Of a DNA stretch of 64,000 nt, positions 47,797-57,529 are shown piece after piece; position 1 is the first letter of the stretch, and each line of letters opens with the position of its first letter. The notes under the pieces were generated by a model. It ran no database searches and was not told the origin of the DNA. It was given only the letters and a program-made list of their open reading frames with translations. This DNA comes from Bacteroidota bacterium (GTDB lineage: Bacteria > Bacteroidota > Ignavibacteria > UBA10030 > UBA8401). The stretch spans positions 1,223,131-1,287,130 of the forward strand of contig JBBAAO010000001.1 of the NCBI GenBank assembly GCA_041658205.1, read 5' to 3'. The translations under genes were made by a program, and so were the position numbers.

Positions 47797-48861
47797 TTAT
47801 TTTGCTTTTTTTGACTCTTTCACGGGCTTTTCGTCGGATTCACTATCCTTTGAAATTGCTGCAGCGTTGATGCCAAGTTTTACGCGAACTTCTGAATCGA
47901 TTTGTTTTGTCAAAGCGTCATTTCCTGTCAAAAATGCTTTTACCGAATCCCGCCCTTGACCGATACGTTCTTCTTTATAGGAGAACCATGAACCGCTTTT
48001 GTTGATAATATTATTTTCAACAGCCACATCAATCAGATCGCCAAGTTTTGAAATACCCTCATTATAGAGAATGTCAAACTGAACTTCCTTAAACGGTGGT
48101 GCAACTTTATTCTTTACCACTTTTACTTTTGTCCGGTTACCGATTACGTTTGTGCCGTCTTTAATCGCTTCAATGCGCCGGACGTCCATACGGATGGATG
48201 CGTAAAATTTCAATGCATTTCCACCGGTGGTTGTTTCCGGATTGCCAAACATGATACCAATCTTCATTCGGAGTTGATTGGTAAAGATGACGGTAGTTTT
48301 CGATTTTGAAATTGCTGATGTCAATTTGCGAAGCGCTTGCGACATTAATCGTGCGTGAACGCCCATGGTTGGATCTCCCATTTCTCCTTCAATTTCTGCG
48401 CGGGGAGTCAAAGCGGCAACAGAATCGATGACAACAACATCCAGCGCACCGCTGCGTACGAGTGTTTCAACAATCTCCAGAGCTTGTTCACCGTATTCCG
48501 GTTGGGAGAGAAGAAGGGAAGAAGTATCAACTCCCAGTTTGCGTGCATATCCGGTATCAAGTGCGTGTTCAGCATCGATGAATGCGCAAATACCGCCGGT
48601 CTTTTGGGCTTCGGCAATAATATGCAGACAGATGGTTGTTTTACCGGAAGATTCCGGTCCATAAATTTCAATCACTCGTCCTCGAGGAACACCGCCGACG
48701 CCAAGTGCATTATCCAGCGAGATCGATCCTGTGGAGATCACATCAATTTTCATGATCGGTCCATCGGTCAATCTCATGATGGAACCTTTTCCGTGTTGCT
48801 TTTCTATTTGTTCAATCGCAACTTTGAGCGCTTGAACTTTTGCGTCTTTGTCTTCAGCCAT
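47797..48861 (-). CDS. recA: Recombinase RecA
   Basis: It has '[13 protein letters not shown]', Walker A 'GPESSGKTT' and 'VVIDSVAAL'. Confidence 0.98.
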   Translation of the reverse strand: MAEDKDAKVQALKVAIEQIEKQHGKGSIMRLTDGPIMKIDVISTGSISLDNALGVGGVPRGRVIEIYGPESSGKTTICLHIIAEAQKTGGICAFIDAEHALDTGYARKLGVDTSSLLLSQPEYGEQALEIVETLVRSGALDVVVIDSVAALTPRAEIEGEMGDPTMGVHARLMSQALRKLTSAISKSKTTVIFTNQLRMKIGIMFGNPETTTGGNALKFYASIRMDVRRIEAIKDGTNVIGNRTKVKVVKNKVAPPFKEVQFDILYNEGISKLGDLIDVAVENNIINKSGSWFSYKEERIGQGRDSVKAFLTGNDALTKQIDSEVRVKLGINAAAISKDSESDEKPVKESKKAK

Positions 48862-48940
48862 GGCTTATCCTTTTATAAATGTGTTTTTTGAAAATTGATG
48901 TAGCAAAGTAATGTTTTCGTCTATGTGAATCAAGATTCAA

Positions 48941-50191
48941 TTATTGTAATTTCAGGCACTTTCTTCTTAATAATTCAAGTGCAGCCTGAGATGCACGTTC
49001 CTTAAAGCGAGTGCGGTTGTCACCAAAATTAAATTTCAGTGCGAAGTTCGATTGGGAATCCGCATAACCGATCCAACATAAACCGACAGGTTTTTCGGGA
49101 GTGCCGCCTGAAGGACCGGCAATGCCGGTTGTTGAAAGAGCAATATCTGCCTTTGTTTTGATCCGTGCGCCGTGCGCCATTGCTGCTGCAACTTCTTTAC
49201 TGACTGCGCCATGATCGGTGATGAGTTTTTCCGGAACGCTGAGTTCATCAATTTTTAGTTGATTGTGGTAGACGACGAATCCCCCAAGAAAATACTCTGA
49301 ACTTCCCGGCACATTCGTAATCCGATTGGCAATTAAACCGCCCGTGCACGATTCTGCCGTGGTCAACGTCAGTTTCCGTTCCTTTAATAACGCTCCAATA
49401 ACATCTTCAAGATCCTTTTCATCATCGGAATAAATATATTTCTCAACCTTTGAACGCAGCACACGTTCAGCATGCTTCAATTTCGTTTCTGCAGATTCAT
49501 GGGTTTTGTCTTTGACGGTAATTCGTAGTTTCGTCCCCATGGGATTGGGAAGGAATGCAAGGGTTGTCGTTCCATCTGTTCCAATAACTTCATCGATATT
49601 CCCGATTTCATTGGCGAGCATCGATTCGCCGATTCCGGTTGTTTTCAGTGTGCGATGGCGAACTACAGAACCAACATTTTTTTTCTCTAAAAATGGAATG
49701 ATCCATTGGTCGATCATTTCCTTCATCTCAAACGGAACGCCTGGCATCACGAAGAAATATTTCCCTCGCTGTTCAAACATCATTCCCGGCGCTGTTCCGA
49801 CAGGATTAGGGATGACGGTGCAACTTCTTGGAACAAGGGCTTGATCGATATTCGATTGGATCATTGCAATGTTTCTACGTTGCGCTAACAATTTAATGTG
49901 GGAGAGAGTCTCTTCGTGCATCACAAGATCGGTCTTGAAAAATTCACACACCATTTTTTTGGTGATATCGTCGTGCGTTGGCCCGAGTCCGCCGGTGACA
50001 CACACAACATCGGCGCGATCAAACGCAGTGGAAAATGTTTCTTCAATCGTCTTTGGTTGATCGCCAACCGTAGTCATACGGTCGCAGTATATTCCCACTC
50101 CATTCAGACGTTCAGCGATATAGGCTTGATTGGTATTAATGATCTGACCGATGAGTAATTCATCGCCGATCGTGATAATTTCTGCTGTCAT
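48941..50191 (-). CDS. cinA: Competence/damage-inducible protein CinA (MoCF-binding domain plus PncC-type nicotinamide-nucleotide amidase domain)
   Basis: It has 'AEIITIGDELLIGQIINTN', 'TGGLGPTHDDIT' and the C-terminal 'TAESCTGGL...STTGIAGP'. Confidence 0.92.
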   Translation of the reverse strand: MTAEIITIGDELLIGQIINTNQAYIAERLNGVGIYCDRMTTVGDQPKTIEETFSTAFDRADVVCVTGGLGPTHDDITKKMVCEFFKTDLVMHEETLSHIKLLAQRRNIAMIQSNIDQALVPRSCTVIPNPVGTAPGMMFEQRGKYFFVMPGVPFEMKEMIDQWIIPFLEKKNVGSVVRHRTLKTTGIGESMLANEIGNIDEVIGTDGTTTLAFLPNPMGTKLRITVKDKTHESAETKLKHAERVLRSKVEKYIYSDDEKDLEDVIGALLKERKLTLTTAESCTGGLIANRITNVPGSSEYFLGGFVVYHNQLKIDELSVPEKLITDHGAVSKEVAAAMAHGARIKTKADIALSTTGIAGPSGGTPEKPVGLCWIGYADSQSNFALKFNFGDNRTRFKERASQAALELLRRKCLKLQ

Positions 50192-50709
50192 TAGAATAGA
50201 TTGATGCGGAGCGCAACTTGAATGATGATGTTTGTATAAAGAGCTGCTACAATGTCATCGAACATGATATTCCATCCGCCGGTCCGTTGATCAAAAATAA
50301 CGGCAGGGTATGGTTTAAGAATATCCAAAGCTCGAAAGATGACAAACGCGAGAACAAGATTGACGTATGTAAATGGAATAAACCAGAGACTGAGCCACAT
50401 ACCGACAATTTCATCCACCGTGACGATGCTGGGATCTTGTCCGTAAATTTTTTCCATTTTTTCTGCGGCCAGTCCTCCCATTAAAAAGAGAATCAGCGTT
50501 ACCGGAATCAGCGTGAATGGATCTCTAAAACCGGGAAGGAACATGAATGCGAGTCCGACAACAGACCCTGCAGTCCCGGGGGCTTTTGGAACGTATCCTG
50601 AAAAGAATCCGGTTCCAACAAATTTTGTCAAGAAGTCCAACGCAGGAGTTTCTGTTGGAATATTATTCTGCGATTGTTCCATTGTTATCATTCGTTGTAA
50701 ACAATTCAA
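50191..50709 (-). CDS. pgpA: Phosphatidylglycerophosphatase A
   Basis: It has 'GTGFFSGYVPKAPGTAGS' and 'DILKPYP'. The start is ambiguous (50709, 50691 or 50682) and all options overlap the 3' end of pgsA. Confidence 0.8.
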   Translation of the reverse strand: MNCLQRMITMEQSQNNIPTETPALDFLTKFVGTGFFSGYVPKAPGTAGSVVGLAFMFLPGFRDPFTLIPVTLILFLMGGLAAEKMEKIYGQDPSIVTVDEIVGMWLSLWFIPFTYVNLVLAFVIFRALDILKPYPAVIFDQRTGGWNIMFDDIVAALYTNIIIQVALRINLF

Positions 50710-51295
50710 TAATAATTTGTTTGTTAGAGGTCAAATACATTATTCCTGTAAGTGCTGTCAAAAATGTTGTCAGTCCCATCAAGAGGAACATGATCAGAGG
50801 CGAAGCAACGATATCAAAAAACCATCCGAACTGTTGATTGAGATAGTCTGAAGTTCTGACAATATAATCTACCAAAAAAAGATAAATGACAATCAATTGA
50901 AAAAAAGTTTTTGTTTTGGCAAATCCGCTCGTGTTGATCGGTTTCTGTTTGAACTCAGCATACGCTCGCAGAAATGTCATCAAAAAATCGCGAAAGACAA
51001 TGATCCAAACCATCCACGCTTCAGCGTATCCAATATAGATGAATGATATGAATGCCGCAGATGTGAGGATTTTGTCAGCCAGAGGATCTAAAAACTTTCC
51101 CCATCGAGTAATAAATCCCCAACGTCTGGCAACATATCCATCATACCAATCTGTAATGGCTGCGATTATAAAAATCCCAAGTGCAATTTGTTTGTCAACC
51201 GGATTCTCCGAGAATAAATAATAGAGGAACACCGGCGTCATTAAAATTCTGAGCAGTGTTAATTGGTTCGGAGGCGAAATTGGGATTCGAAACAT
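50663..51295 (-). CDS. pgsA: CDP-diacylglycerol--glycerol-3-phosphate 3-phosphatidyltransferase
   Basis: The CDP-alcohol phosphatidyltransferase motif is 'DWYDGYVARRWGFITRWGKFLDPLADK'. Confidence 0.88.
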   Translation of the reverse strand: MFRIPISPPNQLTLLRILMTPVFLYYLFSENPVDKQIALGIFIIAAITDWYDGYVARRWGFITRWGKFLDPLADKILTSAAFISFIYIGYAEAWMVWIIVFRDFLMTFLRAYAEFKQKPINTSGFAKTKTFFQLIVIYLFLVDYIVRTSDYLNQQFGWFFDIVASPLIMFLLMGLTTFLTALTGIMYLTSNKQIIIELFTTNDNNGTIAE

Positions 51296-51406
51296 AATGT
51301 GAACTAAAATAATTCATTTTCTGTCATCAATCAACAATTTACCTGCGATAATGGTTTATATGCATATTTTCTGTATTTTGGATAAACATATTGCTAAGGA
51401 TTTAAA

Positions 51407-54400
51407 ATGAAAAAACTCTATACCGTTTCAAGTATTATTCTATTTTCGATGTTACTACAATCCCAACCATTGGATATTTCCGGTTATAAGATTGTTCAGA
51501 CAAACGCTGCATTGACTATCACTCTGCCTGCAGGAACGACAATTCAACCTGGAGGGTACCTGATTGTAGCACGGAATGCGACAAAAGCATCATTCGAGAC
51601 CTTTTGGGCAACGACATTGAATGCTAATGTTGTTTTTATCAATGGAACAACAGTTATTGGCGGGAATGGATTTCCTTCTATTAACGGAGCTGAGACATAT
51701 GAATTACAAAATGCATCGTCCGTTAAAATAGAGGGACCGACAATTGCTATGCCTGCTGCAACTCCGTTTAATTCTATTAAAAGAAAAAGTCCAATCGGCG
51801 ATGCAGCCTTGGAAACAAGTTGGACAAGAGATGTCGTTACAGCGGCAAATCCCGGAACGGGAATGACGAATACAAAAACAGGAAAAATCATCATCAGTGA
51901 ATTTTCTGATGCAACTTCATTTGTAAACGAGTTTATTGAACTGTATTACGATTTGGAACCAGCTCCGTCAGGACAAGGAATTGGATCGTTGCAACCAAAC
52001 AGGTGGAAGTTTAACCAATCGACAAATCTTCAAGTGATTATAAAACCGCAAACGGACACTTTAAAAGGGATTAAGATCATCAAGCCGCAACCATTCAACT
52101 GGAATAGCGGAGCTATCTCAATATTGCCGGCTAATGCGCTCATGACAAATTCAGGTGATACGACAACCGTTACCAATTTTATGTTGAGCGGCAGCGATAG
52201 TCTTGTCATATCAATTCCATCGGTTACTGCTGCTGATACAACAAATGAATTTTCATTACCGATTTATTCCAGTTCAAACGGTTCAACATTTTTACCGATT
52301 CCTGCATTCCCAAAAACTGTTATTTATGGAGCACCGCGTTCTATAAAAGACGTAAAAAGGAAAGAAGGAAACGGATCGCATACATTGCTCGGGAAATGGG
52401 CAGTTGTTAGGGGAGTTGTCACGGTTGGAAATGAATTTGGCGGTCCGACGTACTTACAAGATGGGACTGCGGGAATGGCATTGTTTGACTCATCTGTTTC
52501 TAACAATGTAATTAGAGGAGATGATGTTGTCATTCTCGGACTTGTCACTCCATTTAATGACCTTTTTGAATTTACACCGTCAGTCCTTCTGGAGAAATTA
52601 GGTGAGGGGAAAGGTATTGACACCGTTGTGATGACTATTGCGCAGGCACTTGCACAAGGTGTATCAGAACCGGATGAAGCACGACTTATCAGAATTAACA
52701 ATATCACAAGTGTTACAACAACCGGAGGAACTCCTGCTACCAGCTGGGCTGCTTCCGCAAGCGGGACAAATTATAATATCAGCGACGGAACAGGAGCCTT
52801 ACAAGTGCGAATTGTTACAAAAACAAATATTGCAAATACTCCAACTCCGACATCAACATTTGATATGATTGGCGTGCTCGGTCAATTTACCACCAACTAT
52901 CAACTTATTCCTCGTATGGTGGATGATGTTATTGTAGAAGGTGCCGGACCGAGAATTGTTACAACTCCACCATACGAATCAAACATCACTTCAACGGGTA
53001 TGAAGATTTCCTGGTTAACAGATGCACCGGGAACTTCCCTTGTGAAGTACGGACCAACCGTTTCGTATGGTTCAGACGTTAGTGATACAAATAAAGTGAC
53101 GCAGCATAGTGTTGTACTGACCGGTTTAACTCCTGCAACAGTGTATCATGTGCAAATTGGCTCAGTTAATACAGCGGGCACAACATTGTCAGCTGACAAT
53201 ATTGTGATCACTTCATCAAAAACATCAACCGGAGCTATCAGAGTTTATTTTAACAAGTCTGTCAATACAAATGTTGCTCAAGGAGAGAATGCAACAATTG
53301 CAAAATTCGATACGGTGCTGATCAATCGGATTAATGCGGCAAAATTCTCTATTGATATGGCAGCATACAGTTTGAGCGGAACGATAGGTGCTGATATTGC
53401 AACAGCACTTCTCAATGCACGCAATCGCGGTGTGAAGATCCGAGTAATCGGTGAAAAAGATAATCAAGGTACAGCACCGTGGGGAACTTTGAAAAATGGT
53501 GGAGTAACAGTGATTGACGATGGCTATGACCTAGTGAATGCCGCAGCAGGATTGATGCACAATAAATTTTATGTGTTTGATAACCGTGATCAGACGTCAG
53601 ACCAAGATGATTGGGTGTTGACCGGATCGTGGAATGCGACAGATCCGGGAACATTGAATGATGCCCAAAATATCATCGTCATTCAGGATAAAGCGCTGGC
53701 CACGGCATACACAATGGAATTTGAAGAAATGTGGGGATCAAATGTTGATGGTCCTAGTCAAACTGCCTCACGATTTGGCGCTCGAAAACTGGATAATACT
53801 CCACATAAATTTATTATTAATGGAACACCAATTGAAATGTATTTCAGTCCAAGTGATAAAGTCTCTGCTCACATTAATGACGCTTTAAAATCTTCACAAT
53901 CTTCCATTAATGTTGCGATACTTTCGTTTACAAGAGACGAACTTGCGCAAACGATCGCATCCAAAAAATCAGCCGGTAAAAAAACGCGTGTGCTGATGGA
54001 TAATAATACTGACAGTGGAAATGATTTTTCTTTTTTACAAACAAGCGGTGTCGATGTGCGTTTACCCGGAGCGGCGTTGACCGGTCTTTTACATCATAAA
54101 TATGCAATCATCGATGCTGACAATCCGTTGCTGCAGAATATTGTTGTAACAGGATCTCATAATTGGAGTACCTCGGCTGAAATTGCAAACAACGAAAATA
54201 CACTTATTGTCCAAAGCAAGAGGATTGCAAACTTGTATTATCAAGAGTTCAAAGCGAGATATCTTGAAGCAGGAGGAACAGATTCCATACTTGTCTCTAT
54301 AAAACGGGAAAAGGAAAAATCACCGAAAGATTTTCAACTCTCACAGAACTATCCAAATCCTTTTAATCCCACAACAAATATCTCGTTTGCTGTAAAACAA

Positions 54401-54589
54401 TCCGGATTTACCTCATTAACAGTCTATGATATTATGGGCAGAGAAGTGGTGACTTTGATCAGTGAACAACTTGCTGCTGGAAATTATGTTGTTGAATGGA
54501 TGGCATCGCATCTCTCAAGCGGAATTTATTTTTATCAGTTACGCTCAGGGAGTTTCGTCTCAACGAAAAAGATGATCCTGCAAAAATAA
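51407..54589 (+). CDS. Large T9SS-secreted protein with lamin-tail-like segments and a phospholipase D/nuclease (two HKD) domain
   Basis: It has a signal peptide and LTD-like segments 'IQPGGYLIVARN' and 'IIISEFSD...NEFIELYY'. The HKD motifs are 'LMHNKFYVFD...GSWN' and 'LHHKYAIID...GSHNWS'. The tail is 'LSQNYPNPFNPTTNISF'. Confidence 0.8.
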   Translation: MKKLYTVSSIILFSMLLQSQPLDISGYKIVQTNAALTITLPAGTTIQPGGYLIVARNATKASFETFWATTLNANVVFINGTTVIGGNGFPSINGAETYELQNASSVKIEGPTIAMPAATPFNSIKRKSPIGDAALETSWTRDVVTAANPGTGMTNTKTGKIIISEFSDATSFVNEFIELYYDLEPAPSGQGIGSLQPNRWKFNQSTNLQVIIKPQTDTLKGIKIIKPQPFNWNSGAISILPANALMTNSGDTTTVTNFMLSGSDSLVISIPSVTAADTTNEFSLPIYSSSNGSTFLPIPAFPKTVIYGAPRSIKDVKRKEGNGSHTLLGKWAVVRGVVTVGNEFGGPTYLQDGTAGMALFDSSVSNNVIRGDDVVILGLVTPFNDLFEFTPSVLLEKLGEGKGIDTVVMTIAQALAQGVSEPDEARLIRINNITSVTTTGGTPATSWAASASGTNYNISDGTGALQVRIVTKTNIANTPTPTSTFDMIGVLGQFTTNYQLIPRMVDDVIVEGAGPRIVTTPPYESNITSTGMKISWLTDAPGTSLVKYGPTVSYGSDVSDTNKVTQHSVVLTGLTPATVYHVQIGSVNTAGTTLSADNIVITSSKTSTGAIRVYFNKSVNTNVAQGENATIAKFDTVLINRINAAKFSIDMAAYSLSGTIGADIATALLNARNRGVKIRVIGEKDNQGTAPWGTLKNGGVTVIDDGYDLVNAAAGLMHNKFYVFDNRDQTSDQDDWVLTGSWNATDPGTLNDAQNIIVIQDKALATAYTMEFEEMWGSNVDGPSQTASRFGARKLDNTPHKFIINGTPIEMYFSPSDKVSAHINDALKSSQSSINVAILSFTRDELAQTIASKKSAGKKTRVLMDNNTDSGNDFSFLQTSGVDVRLPGAALTGLLHHKYAIIDADNPLLQNIVVTGSHNWSTSAEIANNENTLIVQSKRIANLYYQEFKARYLEAGGTDSILVSIKREKEKSPKDFQLSQNYPNPFNPTTNISFAVKQSGFTSLTVYDIMGREVVTLISEQLAAGNYVVEWMASHLSSGIYFYQLRSGSFVSTKKMILQK

Positions 54590-54612
54590 TTACTGTTAAC
54601 CTGTCGCAAAAA

Positions 54613-54650
54613 GGGAGGAAGAATCTTTCAAGAATATTCCTCCTTTTTTA
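54613..54650 (+). terminator. Rho-independent terminator
   Basis: GGAGGAA (54614-54620) pairs with TTCCTCC (54637-54643), followed by a T-run. Confidence 0.7.
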
Positions 54651-54795
54651 TTTCACCCTGCATAATCCGTTTTTGGATGATCAGTCTATTGGTTAACAGA
54701 GTACTCTAAAAGTAGTACTGCCGATATTCCCCATTCTCTTTATTGCTTCTCCAGTTGGCATTCGCTATTTTCTAAACGAATAACTAAAGATCATC

Positions 54796-55332
54796 ATGCC
54801 CACGCGGACAGAAATTCGACATATCTTTAATGAGTCAAAGAATTTTAATGAATTGTTTGATGCATTTGATGCTGCATTAAAACAGGGGATTGATGATGTT
54901 GAGTTATACAGGATTCTTTTCTGGAACGATTCTCTTGATTCCGATGAGTTGATTCTTTTTGGAGAAAAACTTGCCCGACAGTATCGTCATCTTGCATACG
55001 ATGTGTATATGTGGCTGGCGAATATTTTTGAAGTAATTTTCGGTAAGAAAGATAATTTTGAACTGGCGCTCAGTTATTATCAAAAGGCCGCTGCCATTCG
55101 ACCGAGCGACATCGATCCATACCTTGATGCATGTGATTGTTACAATCCTGACCTCGATATTCCCCCCGCAAAAATTCTGATAGAATTCCTAAAGATCGGA
55201 TATGAATTTGTTCCGAATAACAAAAATATCTGTCTCCGTCTTACCGTTTTGTATCATGCTATCGGCGAAACGGATCTTGCGGAATACTATCGCGTAAAAG
55301 CCGATGAGTCCGGGGAGAGCCCCATCAAATGA
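54796..55332 (+). CDS. Hypothetical protein (helical, TPR-like)
   Basis: 178-aa ORF with 'ALSYYQKAAAIRPSD' and 'LAEYYRVKA' helical-repeat flavour. Its stop overlaps the next start (ATGA at 55329-55332). Confidence 0.5.
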   Translation: MPTRTEIRHIFNESKNFNELFDAFDAALKQGIDDVELYRILFWNDSLDSDELILFGEKLARQYRHLAYDVYMWLANIFEVIFGKKDNFELALSYYQKAAAIRPSDIDPYLDACDCYNPDLDIPPAKILIEFLKIGYEFVPNNKNICLRLTVLYHAIGETDLAEYYRVKADESGESPIK

Positions 55333-56231
55333 AGCACCTGAAAGGGTACATCGCAATCTCTCTTGCAGCAATTTTGTGGGGAGTTGCGGCCTCTGTTGCA
55401 AAATCGTTTTTTAATAAAGCGTATGAACCGTTGATTCTTGTTCAAATGCGTGTCACGCTATCGTTCGCAGTGTTGTTTTTATTTTTTCTCTCCACTAATC
55501 GTTCGCTCCTCAAATTTAAGCTGAAAGATATTCCGCATTTTCTGATCGTTGGTATTCTTGGTGTTGCAGGATCAAATTATTTTTATTACGCGGCGATCAA
55601 AGAATCAAATGTCTCTACCTCTATTCTCGTTCAGTATACTGCGCCGATCATGGTGATGATGTACACTATCTTATTTCAAAAAGAAAAACTCACAGTACCA
55701 AAAATATCAGCTCTTGTTTTCTCCATAGTCGGGATTGTTCTTGCCATCGGAGCTTACAATCCAGAGATCATTCAAGGGACACAAAAAGGTATCGTCTTTG
55801 CTCTGCTTGCCGCGGTCTCGTTCTCAATTTTTAATATCAGCGGAAAATCACTCACAGAAAAATATTCCATCTGGACTGGATTGATTTATCTCCTTGGCGC
55901 TGCTACGTTGTTCTGGAGTTGCATCAATACTCCGATTGATATTCTCGATGCACATTATACTGTGGAAGATTGGAAAGTCTTTGGATTGATTGCTTTGATC
56001 TCTATCTTGATCCCATACTCTCTGTATTATTACGGTTTGAAACATATTCAATCCAGTAAGGCGATCATCATTAGCACACTTGAACCAGTGGTGGCGATTG
56101 TATCGGAATGGTTATTTTTGAGCGGGAGAATGGGAATTATTCAAATTATTGGAGCATTCTGTGTGATCACTGCAATTGTTATTTTGCAGCAAGATTCCAA
56201 AAAAGGTGAACCGATTATTGTCAGTGAATAA
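55329..56231 (+). CDS. EamA/DMT-family transporter
   Basis: About ten TM helices in two EamA-like halves ('LAAILWGVAASVAK', '...ISTLEPVVAIVSEWLFL'). Confidence 0.83.
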   Translation: MKHLKGYIAISLAAILWGVAASVAKSFFNKAYEPLILVQMRVTLSFAVLFLFFLSTNRSLLKFKLKDIPHFLIVGILGVAGSNYFYYAAIKESNVSTSILVQYTAPIMVMMYTILFQKEKLTVPKISALVFSIVGIVLAIGAYNPEIIQGTQKGIVFALLAAVSFSIFNISGKSLTEKYSIWTGLIYLLGAATLFWSCINTPIDILDAHYTVEDWKVFGLIALISILIPYSLYYYGLKHIQSSKAIIISTLEPVVAIVSEWLFLSGRMGIIQIIGAFCVITAIVILQQDSKKGEPIIVSE

Positions 56232-56242
56232 TGTAAACGATT

Positions 56243-56824
56243 ATGAAACTTGATCGCCGAAAAAATAAAATCTATAAAGTGCTGGAACAACGACAACCCG
56301 ATCTTACCATTGTCATGGAAAATATTCACGATCCGCATAATGTAAGTGCAATGCTTCGGTCTGCCGATGCAGTCGGGATTCACGAAGTGAATTTAATTTA
56401 TACTTCGGCAAAATATCCAAAGATTGGAAGTAAAAGTTCATCCAGTGCCAACAAATGGATCTCCCGAAAACGATATCCTTCCATACAAGAATGTTATTCA
56501 CAATTAAAAAAAGATGGATTCCAAATTCTTGCTACGCGATTAGACGAACAATCGAAACAATTGTACGAGTTTGACCTTACCAAACCGACTGCATTTGTAT
56601 TTGGAAATGAACATGCCGGTGTGACTGATGAAGCCGCCCACCAAGCAGATGCTACCGTCTATATTCCGATGATGGGAATGATTCAAAGTTTAAATGTGTC
56701 AGTAGCTTGCGCCGTGACTATCTATGAAGCGTTGCGTCAGCGAATGCAAAAGGGATATTACACTAATCCAAGATTTGAAGGGAAAACATTAGAACAGCTC
56801 AAAGAAGAATGGTTGAAAAAGTGA
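56243..56824 (+). CDS. trmH: SpoU/TrmH-family tRNA 2'-O-methyltransferase
   Basis: It has 'LTIVMENIHDPHNVSAMLRSADAVG', 'FVFGNEHAGV' and 'IPMMGMIQSLNVSVA'. Confidence 0.83.
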   Translation: MKLDRRKNKIYKVLEQRQPDLTIVMENIHDPHNVSAMLRSADAVGIHEVNLIYTSAKYPKIGSKSSSSANKWISRKRYPSIQECYSQLKKDGFQILATRLDEQSKQLYEFDLTKPTAFVFGNEHAGVTDEAAHQADATVYIPMMGMIQSLNVSVACAVTIYEALRQRMQKGYYTNPRFEGKTLEQLKEEWLKK

Positions 56825-56831
56825 AAGTAGG

Positions 56832-56877
56832 ACCTTACGAAGGTTGAGGAAATCTAAACCTAATACCTTCGGAAGGT
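56832..56877. repeat. Two small ACCTT-N3-AAGGT hairpins upstream of the RAYT-like pseudogene
   Basis: ACCTTacgAAGGT lies at 56832-56844 and ACCTTcggAAGGT at 56865-56877. Confidence 0.6.
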
Positions 56878-56894
56878 TTAATAAATATATTTGA

Positions 56895-57446
56895 ATGAAA
56901 TATGAGAATGAGAAATATTACCATGTCTATAACCGTGGTGCGAACAGACAAAATATATTTCTGAAAAATGAAAACTATGAATATTGCATTAATCTATTGT
57001 TGAAATATTCGCCGCAATATCATGTCTCAATTTTTGCTTATTGTCTTATGCCAAACTATTACCATTTATTACTTCGTCAAAATGGTAATGGTTCAATAGG
57101 GAGATTTATTCAAACAGTTTTTAATTCTTACACCCAAGCGTTCAATAAAATTACTTCTCATAGCGGCACATAATTCCAAGGAAGTGCTAAAAGTATTTTA
57201 GTAGATAGCGATGAATATGTAATACAAGTATGCAGATATATTCATGTTAACCCTGTTACAGCAAAACTCACCAATAAACCGGATGATTGGATATACTCAG
57301 ATTATTTGGAATGGATTGGTAAACGAAATGGGTTGCTCACTGATTTAACTTTACGAAATGGATATTTCAACGATAGAAAAGGTTACGAAAAATATATTGA
57401 GGAATTCAACCAACACCAGGGTATATCCAAATATATTTTTGATTAA
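56895..57446 (+). pseudogene. RAYT/IS200-like Y1 transposase pseudogene (in-frame stop and altered HUH motif)
   Basis: It reads 'YHVYNRGANRQNIF...FAYCLMPNYYHLLL...SHSGT', then TAA at 57171-57173, and continues in the same frame as 'FQGSAKSILVD...VCRYIHVNPV...' to the TAA at 57444-57446. The expected 'NHYH' reads 'NYYH'. Confidence 0.75.
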
Positions 57447-57480
57447 ATAATGATCGTTAGCTTTACGGACAAGCGGTATT

Positions 57481-57529
57481 AACCTTGTGAAGGTTTCCTT
57501 GCAAGAGCTTTCACAACCTTCGCAAGGTT
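57481..57529. repeat. Two AACCTT-N3-AAGGTT hairpins downstream of the RAYT-like pseudogene
   Basis: AACCTTgtgAAGGTT lies at 57481-57495 and AACCTTcgcAAGGTT at 57515-57529. The second overlaps the stop codon of the convergent gene. Confidence 0.6.

Noticed and set aside
48355-48891. 178-aa ORF on the plus strand opposite recA, together with 48365-48664
   Set aside because: It lies entirely antisense to a highly conserved gene. Its composition is low-complexity and Cys/Arg/Ser-rich, and it has no start context. This is a typical shadow ORF of a strongly codon-biased gene.
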